This document shows, piece by piece, positions 1 to 11,718 of a DNA stretch of 64,000 bases (its first letter is position 1; every line of letters starts with the position of its first letter). The notes under the pieces were generated by a model, which ran no database searches, had not been told where the DNA came from, and saw nothing but the letters and a program-made list of their open reading frames with translations. Made by a program: the position numbers and the translations under genes. This stretch comes from an uncultured Candidatus Saccharibacteria bacterium (GTDB lineage Bacteria > Patescibacteriota > CALEFQ01). The stretch covers positions 225,184 to 289,183 of the forward strand of contig OZ246404.1 in NCBI GenBank assembly GCA_965230955.1, in the 5' to 3' direction.

Positions 1-11
1 CTGGTCCGCTT

Positions 12-2843
12 TTGATTGTGGCCGGCGCCGGGACGGGTAAAACAACGGTGATTACCAGACGCATTGCCTGGCTGATTTTGCATCAGAAGCTCAAAGCCAA
101 TGAAATCTTGGCGCTTACTTTCACGGAAAAGGCGGCGGAGGAAATGGAAACGCGCGTGGATAAGCTTTTACCGCTCGGGTATGAGGACCTGTGGATCCAA
201 ACTTTTCATGAATTCGGTAAAAGAGTCTTGGCCGAAAACGCCCTGGAGATCGGACTTGATCCGCAATTCAAAATTCTGACCCAGACCGATCAGTATCTGT
301 TTTTGCGCCAGCATTTGTTTGAATTCGACCTCGATTATTACCGGCCGCTCGGAAATCCCACCAGATTTATTCAGACGCTGACGAAATTCTTTTCACGCCT
401 TAAAGATGAGGAAGTTGATGAAAAGGAATTTTTGAGGTACGCGCAAAAGCAAGGCAAAAGACAAAAGACCAAAGACAAAGTTACGGAAGAGGAAAAGGAA
501 AACATCGCGAAAACTATCGAGTTAGCGGGGGCGTACAAAAAATATCAGGAGCTGATGCGCAAAGAGAGCTATGTGGATTTCGGAGATTTGATTATGTATA
601 CTCTGCGCCTATTTCGTACCCGGAAAAGCGTCTTGGGCCGATTCCAGAGCCAGTTCAAATATATTTTGGTGGATGAATTTCAGGATACCAATTTTGCCCA
701 GTACCAATTGCTGAAATTGTTGTCGCAGAAAAACGACAATCTGAACGTGGTGGGGGATGACGACCAGTCGATTTATCGTTTCCGCGGGGCGGCGCTTAAC
801 AATATTTTAAATTTCAAAAAACACCACCCGCAGTCGCGAGAAGTCGTTTTGACCACCAATTACCGTTCACTGCCGGGTATTTTGGACGCTTCGTATGATT
901 TGATCCAGGGCAATAATCCCGATCGCCTGGAAACGCGATTGAATATCCAAAAGCAGCTCAAGATAGGGCGCAAGATCAGCGCCGCGGAGAAAAAGATTCG
1001 GCCGACGCTTTTTTGGGAGCCGACGGTGGAGCAGGAAGCGAAAACCGTGGCCGGCGAGATTGTTCGGCTGAAAAAAGAAGCGAAATATGACTGGCGCGAT
1101 TTCGCCATTCTGGTGCGGGCCAATGATCACGCCGAGCCGTTCATCAAAGTCTTGGAACGCGCCGGCCTGCCTTATATGTTTGTCGCTTCCAAGGGGCTCT
1201 ATAGCACGCCGGAAGTGATGGGCTTGATCGCGTATTTGCGGACGCTCAATAATTTTATGGACAGCGTCAGCCTCTACCGCGTGACGCATATGCCGGTGTT
1301 TGATTTTGATCCGCAGGATGTGATTCGTTTGCTTCAGCACGCCAATCGCAAGAGTATCACGCTCTATGAAGCGTTTGACGAGTCGGACGGTATCGCGGGA
1401 ATCAAAGACCAGACCAGGCAATCCCTCAAAAAATTATTGGGACTTCTGAAAAAACAGGTGGACGGCGCTCGGCAGAAAAAAGTCAGCGAAGTATTACTGG
1501 AGTTCTTGAATGAGTCCGGCTATATGGATCGGCTGAAAAAACAAGAAACCCTGGCGGAAGAACAACGTTTCCAGAATGTGGTTGAACTGTTTAAGCGTAT
1601 CCAACAATTTCAGAAAACCGACCGCGACACCCATACCGTCCAGGATTTCGTGGCCGAGTTGGAATTGGCGACCGAGGGGGGAGAGGATCCGGCGCCGGCC
1701 GAAATGCAAGAAGGACCGGATACGATCAAGGTGATGACGGTGCACAAAGCCAAGGGGCTGGAGTTCCCGGTCGTTTTCCTGACTTCGTTGGTCGAGGGCC
1801 ATTTTCCGCCTCAGGAAAAAAGCGATCCGCTGCCGATCCCGGAAGACCTGCTGGAAGAAAAATTGCCGGCCGAATCAAGGGTGCCGGAAGAACGGCGGCT
1901 TTTCTATGTCGGGATGACGCGGGCGAAGGAGCATCTCTATCTGACCGGCGCGGCTGATTACGGCGGAAAACGCCAGCGCAAACTGTCGCGTTTTGTCCGA
2001 GAGATCGAAGAAAAAATCGATATCCGTAAATCCGAAGCCGAAACCGAACTGCTCAGCCAGCAAAAGCTGTTTGTTGCGACCGGGCAGATAACGATCAAAG
2101 CGGAGCATCGCTTGCCGGCCAAATTCAGTTTCACTCAGCTGGAAGCCTTTGAGAAATGTCCGCTACAGTACAAATTCGCGCATATTCTGAAAATTCCGAC
2201 CGAAGGCTCTTTTACTTTCAGCTACGGCAAGAGTTTGCATGAGACCTTGCGCGATTTTTACACGATTGTCATGTCGGGTCGGGTGCCGGCGGAAAAAGAA
2301 TTGCTGAAAATGCTAGAGGAGAATTGGATCAATGAGTGGTATCACAACAAAAAGCATGAGCAGGAAGGGAGAAAAAAAGCCGAGCAGTCTTTGAAAGATT
2401 TCTATCGAAAAAACAAAGACAACTTGGGCCGCCCGCAGTACGTCGAAAAGGAATTCAACATGAAATTGGGCGCCTATGTCCTGCGGGGCAAAATCGACCG
2501 GGTCGATAAACTGGCCGACGGGACGGTGGAGGTGGTGGACTACAAGAGCGGGCACCTGAAAGAATACGAATCGGATACAAAAAGAATGCGCCAGCTGATG
2601 CTCTACGCTCTGGCGTTGAAACAGATTTTCAATTTAAAACCAACCAAGCTGACGCTCTACTACCTGGAAGACAACGAGCCGTATTCGTTGTCGGCGGATA
2701 AATTTGAAAAAAAACTGCCGGAGATCGAGCGGGGCGCGATCGAGGTTTTCGATGAGATCAAGACCAGTAATTTCCCAGCCAAGCCATCGGCTTTTGTCTG
2801 TCAGCACTGCGATTTTCGGATGATATGCCCATATAGGAAATGA
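12..2843 (+). CDS. UvrD/PcrA-family SF1 helicase fused to C-terminal PD-(D/E)XK nuclease (AdnAB/AddA-like); true start may lie before the window
   Basis: Walker A GAGTGKT, DEFQD, VGDDDQSIYRFRGA, TVHKAKGLEF, EERRLFYVGMTRA; C-terminal GKIDRVD..VVDYK plus CPLQY..CQHCDFRMIC Fe-S cysteines. Confidence 0.9.
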   Translation: MIVAGAGTGKTTVITRRIAWLILHQKLKANEILALTFTEKAAEEMETRVDKLLPLGYEDLWIQTFHEFGKRVLAENALEIGLDPQFKILTQTDQYLFLRQHLFEFDLDYYRPLGNPTRFIQTLTKFFSRLKDEEVDEKEFLRYAQKQGKRQKTKDKVTEEEKENIAKTIELAGAYKKYQELMRKESYVDFGDLIMYTLRLFRTRKSVLGRFQSQFKYILVDEFQDTNFAQYQLLKLLSQKNDNLNVVGDDDQSIYRFRGAALNNILNFKKHHPQSREVVLTTNYRSLPGILDASYDLIQGNNPDRLETRLNIQKQLKIGRKISAAEKKIRPTLFWEPTVEQEAKTVAGEIVRLKKEAKYDWRDFAILVRANDHAEPFIKVLERAGLPYMFVASKGLYSTPEVMGLIAYLRTLNNFMDSVSLYRVTHMPVFDFDPQDVIRLLQHANRKSITLYEAFDESDGIAGIKDQTRQSLKKLLGLLKKQVDGARQKKVSEVLLEFLNESGYMDRLKKQETLAEEQRFQNVVELFKRIQQFQKTDRDTHTVQDFVAELELATEGGEDPAPAEMQEGPDTIKVMTVHKAKGLEFPVVFLTSLVEGHFPPQEKSDPLPIPEDLLEEKLPAESRVPEERRLFYVGMTRAKEHLYLTGAADYGGKRQRKLSRFVREIEEKIDIRKSEAETELLSQQKLFVATGQITIKAEHRLPAKFSFTQLEAFEKCPLQYKFAHILKIPTEGSFTFSYGKSLHETLRDFYTIVMSGRVPAEKELLKMLEENWINEWYHNKKHEQEGRKKAEQSLKDFYRKNKDNLGRPQYVEKEFNMKLGAYVLRGKIDRVDKLADGTVEVVDYKSGHLKEYESDTKRMRQLMLYALALKQIFNLKPTKLTLYYLEDNEPYSLSADKFEKKLPEIERGAIEVFDEIKTSNFPAKPSAFVCQHCDFRMICPYRK

Positions 2844-2956
2844 AATTTAAAATCCAAAAACATAAAGTTTAAAACAAATCAAAAATCAAAAGCTAAAAGC
2901 ACCTTACATTTTAATTTTTAACTTCTTTTAGATTTTAGTTTTTAAGCTTTACATTT
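2844..2956. repeat. Degenerate inverted heptamer arrays (TCAAAAA-like / TTTTAGA-like)
   Basis: A-rich 7-mer run then complementary T-rich run, directly after the helicase stop. Confidence 0.55.
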
Positions 2957-2973
2957 TCTGCTATAATGTATTT

Positions 2974-3342
2974 ATGTCCCTCAAGCTCTACCTTCTATTA
3001 TTGTTAGCGGTTACCCTGGTCTGCTGGGGGCTTTTCGCCTTTATCCTCTTCAGCGTTGATCCGGAAGGTGGTAAACTGCCGGTAATCGCTTTTTATGCCG
3101 TGCTGGGATTTGCGGCCATGGGGACTTTTGCCCTGGCCGGCTATGCCATTCGCTCCAAAATGAGCCGAGGCGAAGAATTATATGCCAATCTGGGGATTTC
3201 GTTGCGACAGGGTTTGCTCCTGTCGATCGGCTTGCTCGGGGTGCTCTTGCTCCAGTCGATTCGTTTGCTGAATTGGTGGGACGGGTGTCTCTTGGTCGGC
3301 TTTCTGGTTTTGTTGGAATTTTTCTTTTTGTCGAGGAAGTAG
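2974..3342 (+). CDS. Small multi-TM membrane protein, probably leaderless
   Basis: About four hydrophobic segments; TATAAT at 2962-2967, 6 nt before ATG. Confidence 0.75.
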   Translation: MSLKLYLLLLLAVTLVCWGLFAFILFSVDPEGGKLPVIAFYAVLGFAAMGTFALAGYAIRSKMSRGEELYANLGISLRQGLLLSIGLLGVLLLQSIRLLNWWDGCLLVGFLVLLEFFFLSRK

Positions 3343-3383
3343 ATAAGATGTAAGAAGTAAGATATAAGATATAAGATATAAGA
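3340..3383 (+). repeat. Tandem heptamer array (ATAAGAT)n
   Basis: gataagatgtaagaagtaagatataagatataagatataaga fills the intergenic space. Confidence 0.85.
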
Positions 3384-4406
3384 ATGGAAGAAGAATTAAA
3401 AAAATATTTAGCTGAGGCGCTGGGGCGGATAGAGACCGCGGGGAGCGAAGACGCCTTGGAAAAACTGCGCGTGGAATATCTCGGCCGCAAAGGGCGGGTG
3501 AGCTTGCTTTTGCGCCAGGTCAAGGATTTGACGATTGATGAAAAGAAAAAAATCGGCGCGCTGGGCAATGAGATCCGCCAAAAATTAGAGGCGTCGATCA
3601 TCGCCAAGAAAAGCGGACTATCTTTGGCCAAATATAAAAATCTGGCTCAATCGGAGTGGATTGATGTGACGGAGAAGGGAACAGCGCCGAATTACGGCAC
3701 ACTTCATCCCATTTCCCAGGTAATTTATGACATGATCGATATTTTCACTTCCATGGGCTATGAAACGGTCTCGGGCCCGGAAGTGGAAACAGACTATTAT
3801 TGTTTCGAAGCGCTCAACATGCCGCCCGGACATCCGGCGCGCGACATGCAGGATACTTTTTATCTAAAAAACGGTTTGGTCCCGCGGACGCATACTTCTG
3901 CGGTTCAAATTCGCTATATGGAAAAACATAAGCCGCCATTTCGAATCATCGCTCCGGGGCGCGTTTATCGTAATGAAAAAGAGGATGCCACCCATACTTC
4001 GGTTTTCACGCAACTGGAAGGGCTGGTGGTAGGTGAGGATATCACTTTTGCTGATTTGAAAGGCACTTTGATTAAGGCGGTCAAAGCCGTGGCCGGTCAG
4101 GACAAGCAGGTCCGTTTCCGTCCGTCTTTCTTCCCGTATACCGAGCCTTCCGCCGAGATTGATATGTCCTGCATGCGTTGCGGGGGAAAAGGTTGTCCCG
4201 TTTGTAAAAACAGCGGCTGGGTTGAATTGGGGGGGAGCGGGATGGTTCATCCCCAGGTTTTCAAAAATGTCGGCTACGACCCGGAAAAAATTCAGGGTTT
4301 TGCTTTTGGTTTTGGTCCGGATCGAGTCAAGTCGATGAAGCACAGTATAAAAGACGCGCGATTATATTATCAGAACGATTTAAGATTCTTGCGGCAATTT
4401 TATTAA
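3384..4406 (+). CDS. pheS: Phenylalanine-tRNA ligase alpha subunit
   Basis: HPARDMQDTFY, RTHTSAVQ, FRPSFFPYTEPSAE, GFAFGFG motifs. Confidence 0.97.
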   Translation: MEEELKKYLAEALGRIETAGSEDALEKLRVEYLGRKGRVSLLLRQVKDLTIDEKKKIGALGNEIRQKLEASIIAKKSGLSLAKYKNLAQSEWIDVTEKGTAPNYGTLHPISQVIYDMIDIFTSMGYETVSGPEVETDYYCFEALNMPPGHPARDMQDTFYLKNGLVPRTHTSAVQIRYMEKHKPPFRIIAPGRVYRNEKEDATHTSVFTQLEGLVVGEDITFADLKGTLIKAVKAVAGQDKQVRFRPSFFPYTEPSAEIDMSCMRCGGKGCPVCKNSGWVELGGSGMVHPQVFKNVGYDPEKIQGFAFGFGPDRVKSMKHSIKDARLYYQNDLRFLRQFY

Positions 4407-4449
4407 TAATTCAAAATTAATAATGCAAAATGCATAATTAAGCATTTTG
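4406..4449 (+). repeat. Left heptamer arm (AAAATKC-like) of four-helix-bundle element
   Basis: ataattc aaaatta ataatgc aaaatgc ataatta. Confidence 0.7.
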
Positions 4450-4461
4450 TCGGGAGGGTCT

Positions 4462-4824
4462 ATGTCTCAAAGGGGGGAGAATATTAGGTTGAGGAGTAAG
4501 AAATTTGCTCTTAATGTCCTAAGGTTGGTTAGGATGTTTCCCCGGTGCCAGGAAGGGAAAGTTATCGGACAGCAGTTGTTAAGAGCATCAATGTCGATCG
4601 GAGCAAATTTATTTGAAGCTTCGGCGGCAAGAAGTAGAATCGAGTTTTGCAGTATCTTGAACATTTCTTTGAAAGAGGGGGTAGAAACACGATATTGGCT
4701 AGAAATGGCCTTGGGCGCAGGATTGGTTAAAGATCATGATAGCGCGAAAATATCAGACGAATTGAACCAGATCTGCCGTATCATTACTACGATTGTTTTA
4801 AAAACCAAGCAACTTGCCAAATAA
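4462..4824 (+). CDS. Four-helix-bundle protein (23S rRNA IVP / Avd-like family)
   Basis: QLLRASMSIGANLFEA..SR.EF..L.ISLKE..ET.YWLE family signature; about 120 aa. Confidence 0.88.
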   Translation: MSQRGENIRLRSKKFALNVLRLVRMFPRCQEGKVIGQQLLRASMSIGANLFEASAARSRIEFCSILNISLKEGVETRYWLEMALGAGLVKDHDSAKISDELNQICRIITTIVLKTKQLAK

Positions 4825-4857
4825 TTTTACATTTTGAATTCTGCATTTTGAATTAAC
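4822..4857 (-). repeat. Right heptamer arm (inverted) of four-helix-bundle element
   Basis: taatttt acatttt gaattct gcatttt gaattaa, complementary to the left-arm units. Confidence 0.7.
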
Positions 4858-4859
4858 CT

Positions 4860-7277
4860 ATGAAAATTGTCTACAGTTGGCTAAGAGATTACGTGGCGAC
4901 AGATAAGACTCCTGAAGAAATCAAGGAGCTTTTGACTTTTCATGTCGCGGAAGTGGAATCGGTTCAGCCGGTAGGGGCAATGGCCAATGTGGTGGTGGGC
5001 AAAGTGTTAAACGTCAGGTCACATCCCAACGCTGATAAATTACATCTGACGACGGTTGATATTGGCGGTGAGGCGCCCTTAGAAATAGTGTGCGGTGCAC
5101 CGAATGTAGCTGTTGGCCAGTTAGTCCCGGTCGCTCTGCCCGGTGCGGTTCTGCCCGGCGGATTTAAGATTGAAAAGCGGGCGGTGCGGGGAGAGATGTC
5201 GGACGGCATGATTTGCGCCGAGGATGAACTGGGCCTGGGAAAAAATCACGAGGGTATTATGGTTTTGCCGGCTACTTATAAAATCGGTGATACTTTTTCT
5301 CCGGCGGGTGGCGACACGGTAATTGATGTCTCGATCATGCCCAATCGGCCGGATCTGATGTCGCATCTCGGCGTGGCGCGCGAACTGGCGGCGTTGGAAA
5401 AGAAAGCCGTCCGCGTCAAAGATTATCCGTCGCTTCCGGGCGCGGAAAATATCCTGAACGTGAAAATCGAAGACCAAAAGATCTGCCCGCGGTATTCGGC
5501 CTGGTTGATCGGCGGCATAAAAATCGGTCCCTCCCCGGAATGGATACAGAAGCGATTAATGGCGGTCGGCTTGCGGCCGATCAATAATGTCGTCGACCTG
5601 ACCAATTATTTAATGTATGACGTCGGCCAGCCGTTGCACGCTTTTGATTTTGACAAAGTGGCCGGCGGCCGGATGGTGGTGCGCGGGGCGCGCGAGGGCG
5701 AAGTTGTCGTGACGCTGGATGGCGGAAAACGATCATTGAAAAAGGGCATGCCGATCATTCAAGACAATGAAAAACTGATTGACCTGGCCGGAATTATGGG
5801 CGGGCAAAACAGCGAGGTCGGTGATTCGACGACGACGATAGTCTTACAGGCTGCGAATTTCGACGGAATCGCGATTCGGCAGGCTTCCCGAGCGCTGGGA
5901 CATCGCACTGACGCTTCCGGTATTTATGAAAAAAACATTGATCCTAATTTGACTTGGCCGACTTTGGCCAAAGGATTTTCTTTGTTGAAAGAAATGATCC
6001 CGACCGCGACCGTGCGGCAAGTGATTGATCTGTCGGCGGTAAAAGTCGAGCCGAGGAAGATTGAGATGGAGGCTATCCGGGTCAATAAATTTTTGGGCAC
6101 GTCTTTGACGGAGCGAGAAATCGTCGAGGCGCTGACCAGCCTGAATTTATCGGTGGCGGGCGAAAAACAATTAACCGTGAAGGTGCCGACCTATCGCCGC
6201 GATTTATCTTTGCCCCAGGATTTGATTGAAGAAGTGGCGCGCTATATCGGCTACGATAAAATTCCGGCCAAACTGCCGATGGGCGAACTGGTGCCGCCGC
6301 CGAAAAATTGGGAACTATACTGGGAAAAGAAAGCCAAAAGGATTTTGGTGGGCTGCGGTTTTTCCGAGGTGGTTAATTATTCTTTCAATAGCCGGGAAGA
6401 AATCGCCGAGCTGGGTTTGGATCTGGAAGAATACTTGGAAGTCGCCAATCCGATCAGTCCCGACAACGCCTATATGCGGGCCAGCTTGATTCCGAATGTT
6501 TTGAAAAATGTCAGAAATAATCTGAAAGAATTCCCCGCCTTTTCTCTGTTCGAACTCGGCCATGTGTTTTACCAGCTGCAAAATGCGGCGGGGGAGCGGG
6601 GTATCGCGGAACAGCCTAAGCTCTGCGGTGTGATTGTCGACAAAAAAATGGAATCGCATTCGCCTTTACGCAGTCCGCTATTTCTCCAAGCCAAAGGCGT
6701 GGTGGAGTTGTTGTTGCGCCATTTCGGCTATGATCAAGATGCCGGTGATTATATGCATTTCGATATTCATTCCCGGGCATTTCACCCCGGGCGCGTGGCC
6801 GTGATTCGGGTGCCCGTCAAAGGAGATGGTGAATTGGCCGGATCGGTTCACGAGGATATCGGTTATGTCGGCGAAGTTCATCCGGCCTTGCTCCAGGCTT
6901 ACGGCATCAAGGCGGAAGTGATGCTGTTTGATCTCGATTTTGACAAGCTTAGCCGTCTCGCGACCGAAAAACGCTCCGTCAAGGATATCGGAAAATTTCC
7001 GGCAGTCACGCTGGATGTGGCGCTGGTGGTTGATCTGAAGGTGCTGACCAGCGAAATTGAAAACGCTCTCGGCGACGCCGGCGGTGACATGCTGGAAAAT
7101 GTGGAATTATTTGATGTTTATGAGGGGAAAAATTTGCCGGACGGCAAGAAAAGTTTGGCTTTCCATTTGGCTTATCGTTTGCCGGATCGGACGCTGACCG
7201 ATGAGGTGGTGCAAGCCCAACACGAAAAAGTTTTGGCGGCGGTGAAAAATAAATTCGGGGCGGAGGTAAGAAAGTAA
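4860..7277 (+). CDS. pheT: Phenylalanine-tRNA ligase beta subunit
   Basis: HPNADKL, IVCGAPN, PNRPDL, INNVVDLTNY, VPTYRRDL, ELFDVYEG..GKKSLA. Confidence 0.97.
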   Translation: MKIVYSWLRDYVATDKTPEEIKELLTFHVAEVESVQPVGAMANVVVGKVLNVRSHPNADKLHLTTVDIGGEAPLEIVCGAPNVAVGQLVPVALPGAVLPGGFKIEKRAVRGEMSDGMICAEDELGLGKNHEGIMVLPATYKIGDTFSPAGGDTVIDVSIMPNRPDLMSHLGVARELAALEKKAVRVKDYPSLPGAENILNVKIEDQKICPRYSAWLIGGIKIGPSPEWIQKRLMAVGLRPINNVVDLTNYLMYDVGQPLHAFDFDKVAGGRMVVRGAREGEVVVTLDGGKRSLKKGMPIIQDNEKLIDLAGIMGGQNSEVGDSTTTIVLQAANFDGIAIRQASRALGHRTDASGIYEKNIDPNLTWPTLAKGFSLLKEMIPTATVRQVIDLSAVKVEPRKIEMEAIRVNKFLGTSLTEREIVEALTSLNLSVAGEKQLTVKVPTYRRDLSLPQDLIEEVARYIGYDKIPAKLPMGELVPPPKNWELYWEKKAKRILVGCGFSEVVNYSFNSREEIAELGLDLEEYLEVANPISPDNAYMRASLIPNVLKNVRNNLKEFPAFSLFELGHVFYQLQNAAGERGIAEQPKLCGVIVDKKMESHSPLRSPLFLQAKGVVELLLRHFGYDQDAGDYMHFDIHSRAFHPGRVAVIRVPVKGDGELAGSVHEDIGYVGEVHPALLQAYGIKAEVMLFDLDFDKLSRLATEKRSVKDIGKFPAVTLDVALVVDLKVLTSEIENALGDAGGDMLENVELFDVYEGKNLPDGKKSLAFHLAYRLPDRTLTDEVVQAQHEKVLAAVKNKFGAEVRK

Positions 7278-7331
7278 AAGATATTAAGAATATTAAGAGT
7301 ATTAAGATATTAAGATATTAAGATATTAAGA
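7277..7331 (+). repeat. Tandem 8/9-mer array (ATATTAAG)n
   Basis: aagatattaagaatattaagagtattaagatattaagatattaagatattaag right after the pheT stop. Confidence 0.85.
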
Positions 7332-7362
7332 GGGCGGCGATGAGCGGCTCTCTTTTTTAACG

Positions 7363-7406
7363 CAAAAAAAAGACCGTGTGATCATCGAGGGCATGATGAC
7401 ACGGTC
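7363..7406 (-). terminator. Intrinsic terminator of the 7418-8677 gene
   Basis: gaccgtgtcatcat..gatgatcacacggtc stem followed by T8 on the minus strand. Confidence 0.7.
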
Positions 7407-7417
7407 AGAGTGAAAGT

Positions 7418-8677
7418 TTAGCGCATGATTCGGTTGAAAATGGCGCGGAAGCTTTCTCGGTCCAGTTTGGATTGCTCGGAGCATCGCCAGAGGAGGTAAT
7501 TGGCATTACCGTTGAGGCGGTACCAGCCGGCGACGTTTCCCATGGCTGCCAGGTCGTCGGTTTCGCCAGGCAGATGTCCCATTTCTTTCATTTCTTCATG
7601 GCGGATGTCGGCGACCAGCCTGTCGACCGGGAAATTCGATCCGGTATTCCAGAATACCGCGATTTCATCAGTGCGCGGATTGTGCTGGACGAGAACACCT
7701 CGGCATTTGCGAAATTTCATTGCCTTGTGGAGATCAGGGTTGGAATGTGACAGGCACACCAGTGCGAGGCCGCGCTGTCGTGGAGTATCTTTGACCGCTT
7801 GGTCAAAGACCGCGAGGGCGAGATCGAATCGTTGTTGTCCCATGGCTGCCTGCTGGAGGAAAAACTTGATGGCGGACAGGACTTCGAAGCGTGTCTGTTG
7901 ATTGAGGTTCGGAAAATGCTGGAGTCGAGCCAGGAGTGCAGCCGGGTGGAACCCGAATTTGTCGAGGCGCCGGCACTTCCGATCGGTGGCGAAAAACCCG
8001 CCGTATTCTTGGAGCTTCTTCATGATGCGGATTGAGGTGTCGATTTGATGCTTCTCAGCCCACTGGATCAACATATGATTGAATTCCGGGATGTGGTTGG
8101 CGTGCACAGGGCGGTCTGATGGTGTGCGGGTTCGCATTTCTGCTTCGGCCAAGATAATGTTGGTCAGATGGTCAAAATAGACTTGGTCTGACGCTTCATT
8201 GTTCTTGGCTTCTTTGGCCATGTCGGCCCAGTGCCAGAAAAACGGGGCGCCGGTTTCGGCGCGGAAGTCCACGCTGTGGGTGGTATCCACCATTCGCACA
8301 TATTCCACCATTTCGTGCAGAGGCAAGTGGGCAGGAATATTGAGAAAGTTCCAGGCCAACGAGGCGGAGCACTGTTTTTCTGTTGCGTCACGATTCAGGG
8401 CGTGCTCATCGAACAGGCTTCCGCAGATCCCAACAGGAATGACGCCATCCAGCATGAGAGTTCGCCAGTCCAGTTTCGATATTTCATTGTGGCTGACGAA
8501 ATTCACCGTGGCGTTTCTGATTTCCGGGAAAATCCTATTCCCGTACCTGCTACGGAGGAGAGTACACGCCAGAATCTCATCAAAATGAGGTCCAACGTGC
8601 GTGAGTAGCGCCGTCCATTTTATGGACGACAAAGAGATCCCGAGCGCTTGTTCGAGCGCTTGTTTGGTCCAAGGCAT
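7418..8677 (-). CDS. Divergent MYG1/DHH-like metallo-hydrolase ORFan
   Basis: THVGPHFDEILA, FDEH and CSASLAW resemble MYG1 THxxxH.DE / FDHH / SSAGL; SD ggaaggagg. Confidence 0.55.
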   Translation of the reverse strand: MPWTKQALEQALGISLSSIKWTALLTHVGPHFDEILACTLLRSRYGNRIFPEIRNATVNFVSHNEISKLDWRTLMLDGVIPVGICGSLFDEHALNRDATEKQCSASLAWNFLNIPAHLPLHEMVEYVRMVDTTHSVDFRAETGAPFFWHWADMAKEAKNNEASDQVYFDHLTNIILAEAEMRTRTPSDRPVHANHIPEFNHMLIQWAEKHQIDTSIRIMKKLQEYGGFFATDRKCRRLDKFGFHPAALLARLQHFPNLNQQTRFEVLSAIKFFLQQAAMGQQRFDLALAVFDQAVKDTPRQRGLALVCLSHSNPDLHKAMKFRKCRGVLVQHNPRTDEIAVFWNTGSNFPVDRLVADIRHEEMKEMGHLPGETDDLAAMGNVAGWYRLNGNANYLLWRCSEQSKLDRESFRAIFNRIMR

Positions 8678-8878
8678 TTGTAATCCTCCTTCCTTGGAAT
8701 TTTGGTGAAGAACAAACGACTCGCCGAAGCGGGCCGGAGCGAGATCTTTCTCGCACCCCGCTGCCGATATTTCTATCTCGGCAATGGGGTGGGGAAAATG
8801 TGCCAGCCAAGAGGGTAAGTCTTGGCTGGAATGATCGACTGCTGGCGATAGGCGGGGCTCACTTTTCTGTATGGGATT

Positions 8879-9064
8879 TTAGGAGTGATCAGCCATCAGG
8901 GTGATGATAACGTATAAAGCTGATAACACTGCAACGCTACCTACTATTGCCGCACCGCTGGTATTAGCCGGCATGTCTTTGGTCAAGTAGCCAACGGTTG
9001 GTATGGCTGCTATCGCAGATACCACAAAACTGATCGTCAAAAATATTCTTGTTCTTGCCTGCAT
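8879..9064 (-). CDS. Small 2-TM membrane protein
   Basis: TTGACA-17-TACGAT promoter, SD gaaaggagg, two hydrophobic helices. Confidence 0.7.
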   Translation of the reverse strand: MQARTRIFLTISFVVSAIAAIPTVGYLTKDMPANTSGAAIVGSVAVLSALYVIITLMADHS

Positions 9065-9283
9065 GATTTTCCTCCTTTCCTGAATTCAGGACTCGAAATC
9101 GTAGCACGTAATGGCCATTATGTCAATGCCAGGGCGTTTTTGTGGCTTTCGGGTCTATGCTCGCAATCCACATTTTCACCTTTACAAAGGACAAAATAGA
9201 TGCTAAATTGAAGGTAGTTAATTAGCCAATTTTTACTTTAATTTAAGCCAAAAGAGTTGGGGCGGGACTCTTTATTTTATTGA

Positions 9284-11426
<2,143 letters not shown>

Positions 11427-11514
11427 ACCGAAGACTTGCCAACCATTTCAAGTTAGTCTATAATGGTCTTAGTAAGGTTTCGGGTCTCCGAGGCCTTTTA
11501 AAGAGGATAAAAAA

Positions 11515-11706
11515 ATGCCTTTATCAGAAAACAAAGTGTTTACTTTCCTGCGCGAGGCGCGGGAGGAGCTCAAAAAAGTAGTTTGGCCGTCACGCAAACA
11601 ATTGCTCCAGCACACGCTGGTGGTAATTGCGGTCAGTTTAATTGTCGCGGCAATTTTAGGCACGGTCGACATTTTATTGTCACTGGGGCTTAAAACTATT
11701 ATTTAA
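11515..11706 (+). CDS. secE: Preprotein translocase SecE
   Basis: ELKKVVWPSR motif plus one TM; upstream of nusG. Confidence 0.95.
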   Translation: MPLSENKVFTFLREAREELKKVVWPSRKQLLQHTLVVIAVSLIVAAILGTVDILLSLGLKTII

Positions 11707-11718
11707 GGAAATTGATTT

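Noticed and set aside
4462-4824. Diversity-generating retroelement suggested by the Avd-like fold
   Set aside because: No reverse transcriptase and no TR/VR pair with adenine-specific mismatches seen in the window.
7277-7331. Short repeat arrays or the 41-bp repeat as a CRISPR array
   Set aside because: Units are 7-9 nt in tandem without unique spacers; the 41-mer has two copies about 870 bp apart; no cas genes seen.
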